Assembly (NCBI GenBank): GCA_010909165.1
Contig: VJWM01000328.1
Location: 2,466-66,465, forward strand
From: Anthoceros angustus
Taxonomy: Eukaryota > Plantae > Anthocerotophyta
Direction: 5' to 3'
DNA length: 64,000 nt
Shown here: piece by piece, positions 25,850 through 37,700 of the stretch
Numbering within the stretch: the stretch's first letter is position 1
How the letters are laid out: each line of letters starts with the position of its first letter
Position numbers and translations under genes: made by a program
The notes under the pieces: model-generated
Seen by the model: only the letters and a program-made list of their open reading frames with translations
Database searches by the model: none
Told to the model about the DNA's origin: nothing

Positions 25850-27900
25850 GGCGCCAAACCTTTGGGTGAGCTGTTGGCAATGAGGTTCTCATGATCCTTG
25901 CCATGCATGCAGAGGGATGCGGGCAATCCGTTCATCGGTTGTCCACAAATCCGACTGACTGTACAAACCACCTGCTCAGCGTGTGACATCAAATGTGTCT
26001 TCCGGTGCCTCGACAAAAAGTCTTGGTTTGAATGAAAACACTTGCCAGTGCTCGTCAGTGCGGATCTTCCACTTGGTTTCCTTCAACCTTTCTTGGTGGA
26101 GACCCAACGCTTCCTTCACTCTTCTTCCAACGATCACCGGCTGTGCTCCGGTGTCAATCAACACCCTCCTTGGTGCGAATCCATTGATTTCAATGTGCCT
26201 CTCCCGATTGTTGACCAAAGCCACCCCCACTCGTGCAGCATTCCGCTTCTCCACAGAGATGCTTGGTTCGGAGGTCAGCAATGACATCATTGCTACCTGC
26301 TGTGGCAAATCTTGGACACTTGCTTCGTCTTCAAGGGTTGTCAACATCCGCCGAGTCAAACCCCTGACTTCCTTCACGCTCAACCCCATGTCTTGTAGGC
26401 TGAAACATGGCATCTCCAGAAGCTTTTGTGCCATCGTCTCGTGCAATCACATGGGTTTCTCCACATCGCCCACTGGACTTTGATGTTGCTCCCGCAGTTG
26501 TTCCTGGCAATGGCTCAAACGACTTTGGCATCTTGGCATAGGTTCAGGAAGAGGATCCGAAGCTTCCTTCCGTGTCTTCCGCACTGCAGGTGTCAAGACG
26601 TCCTCTTCTTCCTCTGAGCTATCTTCTCTCGTAGCTGCCAGAGGTTTCTTCCCCTTGCCCTTGGATCTGGTCACAGTCGCCATGTATCCAAGCTTGTGCT
26701 CATCTTCTTCGTCCTCTGATGATGAACTGCTGCTCTCCTTGATCTTCGCCTTCCGCACCAACTTCTCCAGCTTTGCGAGGCGTGCCACGTAGCTGTCCAT
26801 CGTCTTCTTTGATGCTTCCCGTTTCTTTTGTCCACGGGACTTCGCCGGTGCCTCCTCCACGGCGCCTTTGCTCTTCGCTGATTTTGTGGATGAGGTTGAC
26901 GCAGATGCATTGGCCGGGGTTGCTGCTCGATAACCCGTAGGCCGCAATTCCGGATGCTTCTCCCAACATGCCGCTTCATTGTGCCGTACCTCCACACCTA
27001 GGGCATGGCTCCTCACCCTTGACTCCTCCGAATGCATGCTCGCACTCATGAGGGAATGGTCCGTCCTCGGCACCTCACGCAGGGCTCGTCACTTGGGGCT
27101 GTGGGTGGCTTGTCTCGCCGAGCTCCTCCACTCGACCTCCGTCGGTCATGTCGTCCACCACTCCTACTTGTCTTTGGAGTAATCACTTGCAACACGAGAG
27201 AAAGTGTCGTGGCCCTATCTTGTCGACCATCTCGTACACTTCCTTGAGGGTGTAGTGTTGCCCTCTTGTGCACCGCTTGTTGCACCTTCATGCGCGTGCA
27301 TATGGCAATGCTGCAAGTACTTCTCTGCTGACCCGTCGGTCACTCATGATCTTGGTGTCACGTACCAGCGGTCGATTCTTGATAAGCCATCTTTGCGGTC
27401 TCGACTTCATCTTGAAGTGTGTCACCGGAGATCTTCTCATCCGTGCTTGCGAAACTCCAGGAAGATGTCAAACATCTCTTGATGGGATCGTGCCCACTCG
27501 GTGCCACTGCTCGTCCGTTCCTTTGAGCTTGTACTCACTGGTCCTCCGGATGTGCGCTCAACAACCTCGCCTTGTGCTCGCGATAGCACGCCAATGCTTC
27601 ATCCCCCAAGTACTTCGGCATTTGGATGAAGCCGTATCGCTTCGTGTATCCGGTCTTCAATTCCATCTCCGCACACACCGTACTTCTCGATGAAGTCCTC
27701 CGGTGGCAAGGTGCCGCTCCTGTGAACAACTCCATTCGATCCTTGTCTCCTCCCATCTTGGCGACTCCAAGAGACAAGTCCTCCTCATTGCCGCTCACCG
27801 AGTTGTCCGGCACTAACGTGTCTTGTGTGTTGCCACTCCGGATCCTTCAAAGATTGTTGATTGTGTCTGGGTTCCTCCGCGTCCTTGGTACCAAAATCGA
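25850..27900 (-). pseudogene. Retrotransposon gag (zinc knuckle) and aspartic protease, frameshifted
   Basis: PKYLGDEALACYREHK gag region; C..C...HNEAACWEKHPELRP knuckle; RVLIDTGAQ protease active site (~26150). Confidence 0.8.
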
Positions 27901-28401
27901 GGTGTTCGCACTTCTCTCTCTTGGTCGGGACTTCGAATTCGCTCTGATGGACTTGCTGGTTGGTAGCTCCGTCCGGATCGAGTGTGTCCAGGCATGCACT
28001 CCAGGCGGTTAGTGGCTAGATCAAACCCTTAATCAAGGTTAACACACCCGCTATCTTAGATCGTGATTAGTGAAACCTCTAAGTATCTATGCATGTTAAA
28101 ATTGCATACAAATACTCTGCAGGCTACATTGGTCAAAAAGCTGGGTGAGTTGGATAGCAAAGGCATAGGAACTCAGAGTTAAGCACCCTGGATGGATGGA
28201 TCGTCTGGATGGGGTGCCAACTAACTAGGAGTTTTGGACAGAAAGTGAAATCAAATGGACTGATGACATACCCATGTCTATCCACTTCTCCCTTATCCCT
28301 TGGAATCCGGGGCCCAAGAGTAAAATACTCTTGTTTCTCCCTTGGTTGGTTGGCCTTAAAAGGCCAGCCCCCCTTGTGGAGGCCTCATTCCTCTCCTTGG
28401 T

Positions 28402-28640
28402 ATGGGCTTCTTCGCCTCCTCTCCTTGGCCTTGGACTTGGGCTTCTTCGCCTCCTCTCCTTGGCCTTGGACTTGGGCTTCTTCGCCTCCTCTCCTTGGCC
28501 TTGGACTTGGGCTTCGCCTCCTCTCCTTGGCCTTGGACTTGGGCTTCTTCGCCTCCTCTCCTTGGCCTTGGACTTGGGCTTCGCCTCCTCTCCTTGGCCT
28601 TGGCTTGGGCTTCGCCTCCTCTCCTTGGCCTTGGGCTTGG
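28402..28640. repeat. 32/35-bp tandem repeat (TTCGCCTCCTCTCCTTGGCCTTGGACTTGGGC[TTC]), about 7 copies
   Basis: Seen directly; explains the spurious overlapping ORFs here. Confidence 0.95.
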
Positions 28641-28714
28641 TCCTCTCTGGCCTCAAGCCTTGGGCACACTTGAGTCCCTTGCCTACTTGCGGCGCTTGCC
28701 TCGCCTCGCCTCGC

Positions 28715-28917
28715 CTAGCACGGCCTAGCATCGCCTGGCATCGCCTAGCACGCCTAGCATCGCCTGGCATCGCCTAGCATCGCCTAGCACGCCAGCATCG
28801 CCTGGCATCGCCTAGCATCGCCTGGCATCGCCTAGCATCGCTGGCATCGCCTGGCATCGCCTGGCATCGCCTGGCATCGCCTAGCATCGCCTGGCATCGC
28901 TGGCATCGCCTGGCATC
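28715..28917. repeat. 10-bp tandem repeat GCATCGCCT(A/G), roughly 19 copies
   Basis: Seen directly, abutting LTR-like copy 2. Confidence 0.95.
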
Positions 28918-29468
28918 GTGGCACAAACACACTCTCCCCACGAGAACAACACGCAATTCCTCACATCGCTCTGAGTCATAGCTTTGGCCTCCTCACAACA
29001 CCCTTGCATTGCATATCTAGAGGACAAGCTATGATCGAGCTTGTCCTCAATGGAAGGGTCTATATACTAGACCACGGCATGCATATTCCTAAGATATCCT
29101 ATTGGCATCAGCATATGCCGGAAATATCCTAAGAATACACTATAATATGCAAGGAATATGCCAAAGCATATGACTTGAGCCTATCCACTTAGCTATTGTA
29201 TCATAAGAATATACTATAATATACAAGGAATATGCCAAAGCATATTACTTGAGCTTATCTACTTAGCTATTGCTAATCATGTTTAATTAACACTAATCTA
29301 TGCTTAATTAACAAAATACCTTAGAATAATTAACATTAATCAATGCTTAATTAATATAAGCACCTTAGATTAATTGACACTAATTACTTACTTAAAGATA
29401 AGTAATTAGATTAATTAATGCTAATCAAACACTAAACCCAAGTGCATAGATTAGTATCACACGGCATG
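28914..29468. repeat. LTR-like direct repeat, copy 2
   Basis: Matches 23858-24409. Confidence 0.9.
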
Positions 29469-30009
29469 ATAGCTCCCTCTGCAGCACCGTAGCATGTTGG
29501 TAGCCCTAACTCTTGGTGGCCTAGCTAAGCTGATAGAAACCTCCTGTGGCACCTCCACAAAACCTTGGAGAAGTGCGACGAGTTGAAGACTATTCCGAAT
29601 TCTGCAAAGGAAAGGACACGGCAGCTGGAGGAACTTCTGCAGAAGACGCCACCCAAGGACATCCTGGCTCACCCTTTGACTCCAGCCGAATGTCGAGCAG
29701 TCATCAAAGAGCTAGAGCTCCTTGGATACATCTACCGCCCACCAGTCTGAAACTGGTAAGTCTGATTTGTTGTTTTGCAACTCACTTACTATACTTGGCA
29801 GCATCCACGGCTAGGTTTAGCAACTAAGCTTCATCCATGAACGTTCCAAGTAACCTGTACTGACACTCACCTGTATGCAGCATGAAGATAGAGGGATAGC
29901 ATAAGTACATGCCCTGTCCACGAAGGACCCAGTGACATGAGCTGAAGACTGGTCCCTGCGAGGACATGTCATTTTCTTGGCAGTTGTCCTCTCTGCTGCA
30001 TTAGGTAGG

Positions 30010-30640
30010 TTAATTTCCTGCTATAGGCATAGTGAAAACTCTGAGCCCAAGGGCTGCAAGGTGCTTATAGTGTTTGAGCTTGGATAAGCCTTTTGTAAGA
30101 ACATCAGCTGTGTTCTCATCAGTACTAATGTATTGCACCTTTACTTTGCCTCTTTCAGCCACATCACGGGTGTAGTGGTGATACAATTCAATGTGCTTAG
30201 TCCTTGCGTGAAAGCGAGGATTTGACACAAGAGCTATGGCGGACATATTGTCGCATAAGAGCAGAGTTGGACCTTCCTGTGGTAAGTTGATTGAGTCCAA
30301 AACTGTCTCTCCCATTCTAATTCCTTGCATGCGTATGTTAGGGCTTTATATTCGGCTTCCGTGGACGAGAGGGCAAGTGAGGTCTGCTTCTTGCACGACC
30401 AATTGACAGCACCCATGGCCAACAAGAACACATGTGCTAAAAGGCTCTTCCGAGAATCTGAGTCAGAAGCCCAATTAGCGTCTACATATGAGGCAAGTGT
30501 GAACTCCCTCTTACTGCTGCACACATAGTGTAGACCATAGTCCATTGTCCCTCTGAGGTACCTGTAAATGCGCTTGACAGCACCCCAATGAGCCTTGCCA
30601 TGTGACTTTAAGAACTGAGCTACTATACTCACGGCATTAT
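30010..30640 (-). mobile_element. Ty1/Copia RT C-terminus and RNase H remnant
   Basis: HWGAVKRIYRYLRGT, YVDANWA, SSTEAEY, CDNMSAIAL, RTKHIE, ADVLTKGL. Confidence 0.93.
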
Positions 30641-30644
30641 TGAA

Positions 30645-31470
30645 GATAGGGTGTTGAGTTATTACTTAGAGTTTTAATATATCTGGTTATATAGTATGAT
30701 AAAGAGATGATTTATTGAGGTGAAAGAACGATGAAAGAGACCATCTAGGAAGGGACAACAAATGGGGACCCGGGGGTCGGAGTGAAGAGGAGCAACTGAG
30801 CTCCCTACCTAAAGTGACCAACTGCACCCACAATGTCATATGCGGTAGAATAAACGGCCCGCAAACCACGGAGGAAGAGGAAAGGTATCACCCACCGCCG
30901 CCCCTTATGGAGAATCGCTGAGAGTGCGTTGAAGAGCAATAGAAACCCGTCGGAAGTATCTTTGTGAAGTCTGAGAGGACAACCACTATACTGCGCATGG
31001 TAAGCTTTGGCACAAGACTTGACGAATTTGTCAAAGTCCTCACCATTGCCCCATACGTTTCTAGAGCAAGCGGGATAAAAAGGTGGCCCGCTTGCATCCT
31101 CGCTATACTTGCGGACCTTGAGAGCCGCACGGCGGCACCGGACGGTTGGTGATGACTGGCGGAGGTGGCGTCACATGCGGTCAAGAACTACCCATCCGCC
31201 ACCACAACGGTCGCCACGGACAGGTATAAGTCCACCCCGATTGAGCGACACAGAAGAAGAGTATACTCCCGCTCCCTCCAGCCATATAGCCACTTTCGCG
31301 AGCAATGGCAAACATGACGTCACGGATGGCGTCGTGAGTGGCAATGCGATGACCCCCGTGGGGACAACGAGCAAGGTGGACACCAGAGACGTTAAGGGCA
31401 GAGCCGCACTCACAAGTGAGGAGCGAAGAAGCCACAGGCTGGAGTAGGCCGAGACGAAATCGCATCGCAA
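30645..31470 (-). mobile_element. CRE-like non-LTR retrotransposon 3' fragment (CCHC finger plus RLE endonuclease)
   Basis: CECG...GVHLARCPHGGHRIATHDAIRD and HLFIPLALETYGAM; abuts the Copia RT remnant. Confidence 0.8.
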
Positions 31471-31511
31471 TAGTGAAGGTGGTTGGTGCGATGTGAAGGT
31501 GGTTGGTGCGA

Positions 31512-31727
31512 TGTTATAGTATGTGTGTATATAGCTTTATTTAAATAGCTTACCCTTTCATTAGGGTTGCGTCTCTAGGCCAAAGGTCATGTCTCTTGGC
31601 TACTAGAATAAGTCTAGTTGCTACAATTAATACTTACTTATGTCTTTATGCACATATATACAATAATGTAATTGATAAATACTCAATTGGTTTGCACCAT
31701 TATCATATTTCCACATGGTATCGAGCC
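31512..31727 (+). mobile_element. Copia 5' LTR (31512-31715, TG...CA) and tRNA-iMet PBS
   Basis: TGTTATAG...TTCCACA followed directly by TGGTATCGAGCC, one base short of the canonical TGGTATCAGAGC. Confidence 0.8.
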
Positions 31728-32074
31728 ATGCTAGGTGCATTGCATTCACAAGAATGCACATTAAATTGTGCACATATAGATGTGCATATAGAAGTTCTTT
31801 GTGTTTGTTTCTTTATTAGAAAACAATTTCTAATAGGAAATCAAGAAAATGTTTGAGAAACCCTTTTTGTAGTTATTTTGTTTGATTTGTTTATAGGAAT
31901 TTTGCATTTCTAGGAGCCCATTATAGCGCATCTATTGCCAGATTGTTGCAAAGCAATCTGTCATCAGGTACGCTAGAACGGCTGCCAGAAGCAGCAAATA
32001 TCTTTATAAAAATCATATAGAATTACAAAATGTTTCTTGGAATTTTCTAAAATATAAGAATTTTGGCCAAATGA

Positions 32075-32677
32075 ATGGCCGATCCTCAGGACGGGCAGAT
32101 GCGGCCTGGATGGCACAATCGCCAAATACAACCTGGTGCGCAAGTGAACGCAGTAAGAAGAACTGCTGATCTTCACCAACAGGCGCCTGCCCCTCCACTG
32201 AGGACTCTTCAAAATCTCCCAAATGTGCAACCTGCTATTGTTGGTAACAGCAATCTTCGGGGTTTCCTAACCACAAACGTAGCACCGCACACCAGCATAT
32301 CACATTTAAGTTCTAGACTAGAATCACAACAGCGACATGTAGACAGACGTTTTGAAAACATAAGTCGAAAAATTGCTGCTCTTTCTGAGGACTTACAATC
32401 ATTGCTGGAGCAGGTTGGTCACTTGGATTTCAAATTGCTTGCTTTGTTAAAGCCTGCTCTTCTTGCTAACCCTGCAATCAGAGGGATAGCTTGTAAGCAT
32501 GCTACAAAAACTAACAAGCATCATAAATTTGAGCATCCAAACTCGTGTCCATCATGCATGACCTATTTCTTTAATCGCTGGGAGATTAGGAAACATAACA
32601 TAAAGGAAAAGGTAGATAAGGAGATGGTCAACCTGCACAAGGCTGACCAGCGTACAGAACCCATCTTACCTCTGTGA
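32075..32677 (+). CDS. 200-aa ORF of unknown function between the PBS and gag of the Copia element
   Basis: Uninterrupted ORF with a coiled-coil-like segment and a Cys/His cluster (HKFEHPNSCPSC); no family recognised. Confidence 0.4.
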   Translation: MADPQDGQMRPGWHNRQIQPGAQVNAVRRTADLHQQAPAPPLRTLQNLPNVQPAIVGNSNLRGFLTTNVAPHTSISHLSSRLESQQRHVDRRFENISRKIAALSEDLQSLLEQVGHLDFKLLALLKPALLANPAIRGIACKHATKTNKHHKFEHPNSCPSCMTYFFNRWEIRKHNIKEKVDKEMVNLHKADQRTEPILPL

Positions 32678-32820
32678 AGAACAGGCTGCAGTTGCAGCCT
32701 ACCCTTGATGCACTTGTAGCATCATAGCTCTTCCCTGAATCCTCACACCTGTTAACCTGCAAAGGATCATACAGGTGCATTAGTAATTCATCCATCACAT
32801 CCTCACTGTGAGGAGGAGAG

Positions 32821-33443
32821 ATGTCCCAAAACATGGGTGACGCTAATCTAGTTGGGGAGGGATTTAGGGAAAAGGATAGATTCGGGGGGACAGACTATGA
32901 CATCTGGGTCCTTAGGATGCGGGGAGCACTTCAAAATAAGCAGCTTTGGCCTTGGGTAAATGGAACATCAAAAGTCCCTGTGATCATTGGTACCCCTTCA
33001 GCTGCTGAACAGAAGGCACTCGACGCCTGGAATACAAAGGATGAAGCTGCACAGTTCCTCCTTCGGAGTGGTCTGTCGACTGACATGTTGAGATAGACTT
33101 CTGGTTGCAAGACCTCAGCCGATATCTGGACGCGGCTCCAAAGCCTGTTTGCTGGAACAGATGACACAAGTCAGATGACTGCCCTTCGCAACATACAAAA
33201 CTTGAAGATGAAAGAAGAAGAATCTATTGAAAAACACTTGACTACCTTTAGATCTCTAATCTCCAAGTTTGAAAGTGCTGCACAGGACAATGTGAAGGAT
33301 CAGGCTCTCATCCTTCATTTTCTGATGTCACTCCCAGAGTCTTGGTCACATTTCGTGACCTCTTTCAACACCTCGCAACTACAAAGGCGAAAAATCGCCA
33401 AGGCTGCAGGTGTTGACCTCCCCAAAACCACATTTGCAGAATT
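32821..33443 (+). pseudogene. Copia gag, 5' part, interrupted by the 24-kb insertion
   Basis: DRFGGTDYDIWVLRM, LKMKEEESIEKHL, FLMSLPESWSHFV, ending TTFAE(L) at the insertion site. Confidence 0.9.
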
Positions 33444-33688
33444 AACAAGGTCTCCTAAGAGTGGGAGACGGCTCCTCGTCTCTGGTTTTGAGGGGGTGAA
33501 ATTTGAGACCTGGAAACAAAAAAGCTTGAATTTCATAATTTGCAGATTTTTTTAAAAAAATTGCATGATAAAGATGTGACTTTAAGAATGAAACCATGCA
33601 TTTCAATGGTTTTAAGGTAATAAGACCTTCACATGGTCTACACTCCTCCAAGTTCTCATGAATTTCGCCAATTCTTTAAGATGATACA

Positions 33689-34575
33689 TGCAATTTATAG
33701 GCCGCACAAAATGGATATTAAAAAGGTCCACAAAATGAGTTTAAGGGTCCGTGGTGACCCGAGAAAAAAGCGGCGCATTCTTATGCTTGTATGACCCGGA
33801 CATCCTGAATGTCGAATGGTATGAATCCATTTTAGTCGTGCAGCCCGAGGTTGCACTACCGAAATTGGATGAAATCTCAGAACTTCATACCGCTGGCCTT
33901 TCGGACACACACCGTGCGGCAATCTATTTACAATTGCGGGTTCAATGCGGTCGTACCATCGTGACATCGTCCTTTACATGCATATGATGAATGCATTCAT
34001 CATGTCGCGACTAATCACCGCGAAGGCTTTCCACCTAGCAGACCATGGCCGTGTTCGGACCGAATTTCTTATAGCAATGCATTTCGCTATTCGTTGGTCC
34101 GGTATAAGCGCCCGCCATGGTCGATGCGATTTGCAATTTATAGGCACAAAAATGGATATTAAAAAGGTCCACAAAAATGAGTTTAAGGGTCCGTGGTGAC
34201 CCGAGAAAAAAGCGGCGCACATTATCAGCTTGTATGACCCGGACATCCGGTGAATGTGCGAATGGTATGAATCCATTTTAGGTAGTGCAGCCCGAGGTTG
34301 CACCACAGAATTGGATGAAATCTCAGAACTTCATACCGCTGGCCTTTCGGACACACATGCGGCAATCTATTTACAATTGCGGGTTCAATGCGGTCGCATT
34401 CCATCGTGACATCGTCCCTTTACATGCATATGATGAATGCATTCATCATGTCGCGACTAATCACCGCAGGCTTTCCACCTAGCGACCCGTGGCCGTGTTC
34501 GGACCGAATTTCTTATAGCAATGCATTTCGCTATTCGTTGGTGCAGTATAAGCGCCCATGATATGCGATTTGCAA
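33689..34575. repeat. Tandem duplication of ~445 bp in the left arm of element A
   Basis: Copies start at TGCAATT (~33689 and ~34133); the same 7-mer recurs at the end. Confidence 0.9.
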
Positions 34576-34749
34576 TTCGATAAGGTCTCGGCCATGACAC
34601 TTCACGCACATGGACGAAGCTCGGAATCGGGTGCCACTACCGGCCTTCCCTACGCCTCAGTCTCGCAGGGGGGCCAACTCATGCACACCAATGCGTCGGC
34701 CCGTGACGTGCAGTGCCTGGGAAATGGCGATTGGGGCGGCGTGACGTAG

Positions 34750-37700
34750 TTCTGTCAATCCCCTTTTCCTGGGTGTTCGATTGAAGGATATGCATGAGGA
34801 TGCTCATTGATGCAATGTTGTTCAGGCGCCGACCATGTTTCTCCCTTGCCCGAGCAGTCATCGTGAACAAAAAATGGTTCTGCAAGCCGAGCTTGGATCA
34901 ACTGGACACAATGGACACCGAACAGCAGCCTTTATCACCGGCTGTCCGGTGCACAGACATTTATGCACGCATAAGTTGTCTCAAAGCTGTTTGGAGTCCA
35001 ACACAAAAGCAACGTTAACCGTCTGTGATTTCCGCCCTAACAACTCTCTCCCAATCCCAGTTCGGATGCTACAAGTTTGTTTTGGCTGTCGCGGAAGTTG
35101 TCCGGAGAGTCAATCGTGCCATCATACTTCTCGGCGTCTCAAGGATGGACCTCGATCCATCGCCCCCAATGTTGCAAGAAAAGCCTCTTCTGCAGCCATC
35201 TCGCCAATGTGCGTCTTTCTCACTAACCTCCTCGCAGCCGACGGATGTCCTACAACACCGATCAGTGGATCGACATACGCCTCAATTGTGCATCGCGCCT
35301 TGCTGCCCGACGCCGGCACAACACCGGCCCTCGGCTGCGGCGGTGTGTTCACCATGGGCTCTTTCTTTGCGTCTTGGGTGCTGCATACCCGTCATCTCCC
35401 ACCTCCTCCTCCTCGCTTGGCGGTTGTCCATCGTATTGAGCCGCAAACCCATGAATTGCACTACTGCAGGATCGTCTCGAAATGACATTGCGGCGGACTT
35501 GTTGCTACCATAGCGCACAACCATCTAGGATCCACTCGCCTTCCATTGTGTATGCACTCAATCAACTTCCTCAACAATCTAATGGGCTTGGTAGGAAACC
35601 ACCCTATCATCTGGTGTTGTAACATAGCTTATGTTCCAACCTTCTCGGAAAGCAAGTTGTCAACCCTCTGTAGTCATTCATAACATCGGTGATGCCGAGG
35701 AGAAATCTTGAGGCGGACAATCACCTTTAAGGAGCTGCGCGTGGTGATGTAATCACGCATCATCTGACTTATCATGGAGGTGCCGTCACATTAGTTTTGT
35801 GCGAGCGGGGCGTGACACCACCTTTACATCGCAAGCAAAACTTCACGAACCATGGACATATCATCGTGGTGAATGGAATACCGACTCGAAAAACCTCGAG
35901 CGTTGTGATGCCACGGAATGTCATTATGATCTTCTCAAATTCACGAGTGAACGCGTGTCATACTCCCTAGAGTTCGCATCCAAATTCAACCCGGGGCAAG
36001 TCCAATGTCATGGCAAGCGGACGGGGTTCTAGAAGCTGGGCCATCTCGCGATGTTGCCACATACTATACCTACCTGCAGTTCTCCGGCGTCATCACGAAA
36101 GTCACTTTTTTTGATCGGAGGCCTCAACAATTGTCATCATCGCCATTATCCTCCAAGCTTTGGCTTTCAAAACATGTTCCTTGAAATTGTCGAGTGCACT
36201 CCACTCGAGAGGCATTGGCCGCACGCAATGGCAAAGTTCCAAGCCGGGGCGTGGAAACAAACCATGCGCAAACAAGCATATTTCTGTTTAGTACATATCA
36301 CATGCCGGGTGGTGCTGTCCATGTCACTTACCATATTTTTGAATGCCGGTTGAAAGCTGCTGATCTGCTCCACCATGCTGTATTGAGGGTATCGATCCCT
36401 AACCTGCTGGAAAGTCTCACAATTCAGGTTCTTCGCAAGGGTGATGTGAATGAGGTTCAATTTTTTGGCCTTCTCCACCCACTCTTGCATTTGCTTCAAG
36501 CTCATTTCTCCAGCCAAAACCTTCATGCATGCCGTCTTCAAATTGTTGTTGCCTGCTGCTGAGTGCTCGATACCCTGAAAACACTTCCACACTCTCACAG
36601 GAACATCCGATTCCTTCACATCGATGACCACAAGATCTCTCGCGGCTGCAGATTTCCTCGACTTCCTTGTAGCCTTGCTGTTTATTTGCTAGTGCTCGGG
36701 CAGCATCTATCCGCCGGTAGTTGCATTCCCACTTCTCAAAATCTCGTCCACATACCTCCACACTTCTTCGTCAACTTTAGCCACACAATAATCCAGGTCC
36801 TATTGTCCACCAGCGGTGATCGCACCTTGGGGCCATGCTTGGCGCATCCCACTTGGGGATCCCCTGTCGTGCATACACATCTAGCTTCCAATCCACGTCA
36901 CACTTCAAACCCTTGACCTCCGAGACAACTCACTTGATGTAACGCACACGGTCCATGAAGGTAAATGTCTTCTGGCGTCGCTATGGTGTTGTGGTCCGTG
37001 GCTACGATCCTCATCTCGTCCTCGGTGAGTCCGAGCACATATGCATCCATCCACTTGTACTCTTCCACCGGTGGAGTCAGATGGGGGGGACCTTGCGGAA
37101 GGAATGGTTTCCCCTAAGGCGAAAAAATGTAATCCCCCCATCCACCTTCGAACGTGAAATTCTCTTGTAGCACATTGTGGCGGATCCACAACCACAACCA
37201 TGGGCAACACACCACCACCCGGGACAATGCTTCATCTTTTGCATCAAAGCCTCTACCCATGCGAGATCCAACTTCCTCACCACAGCTGCGACACAATTCC
37301 TCGAAGTGCAACACTTGATTGGCAGCAGTAGACTCCACACTCTCTTCATTGCGATACCGTCCCTTTCCACGTCCGGCTTGCATACGCTTTGATGGCAAGC
37401 ACATCATCGTCTGTAGCCACCGCTATCCTTGGCAATCTCCACAAACACGGGAAGCGGTTCATCCTCCTCCTCCGACTCTTGCTCCCAATTGCAATTGCAA
37501 GCTTCTCCCGTTTGCCCTTGCCTTCTTGGCTTTGCCACTACATGAACTGCGCCTTCTCATCGATTGGTTTGCCATCTCCGGCTCCTCCCTCGCCGCCTTT
37601 GATGCATTCCCCACGGCGGCGACTGCTGCACCCTCCTGCGATCCGGGACAAGCCACGAAGACCGGTGAGCAATCATGCGATGGGGCGGGACCTCGAGGTC

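Larger units (their letters stand above)
23858..29468 (-). mobile_element. Non-autonomous Gypsy-like LTR element: gag, protease and truncated C5 DNA methyltransferase; no RT, RNase H or integrase seen
   Basis: ~550-bp direct repeats at 23858-24409 and 28914-29468 flank minus-strand gag-pro-DNMT. Canonical PBS and PPT were not identified. Confidence 0.7.

Noticed and set aside
28209-28956. Overlapping Arg- and Leu-rich ORFs
   Set aside because: Products of the 32/35-bp and 10-bp tandem repeats.
29565-29750. Antisense ORF in the 3' region of the Copia RNase H remnant
   Set aside because: Short, with no recognisable motif or second copy.
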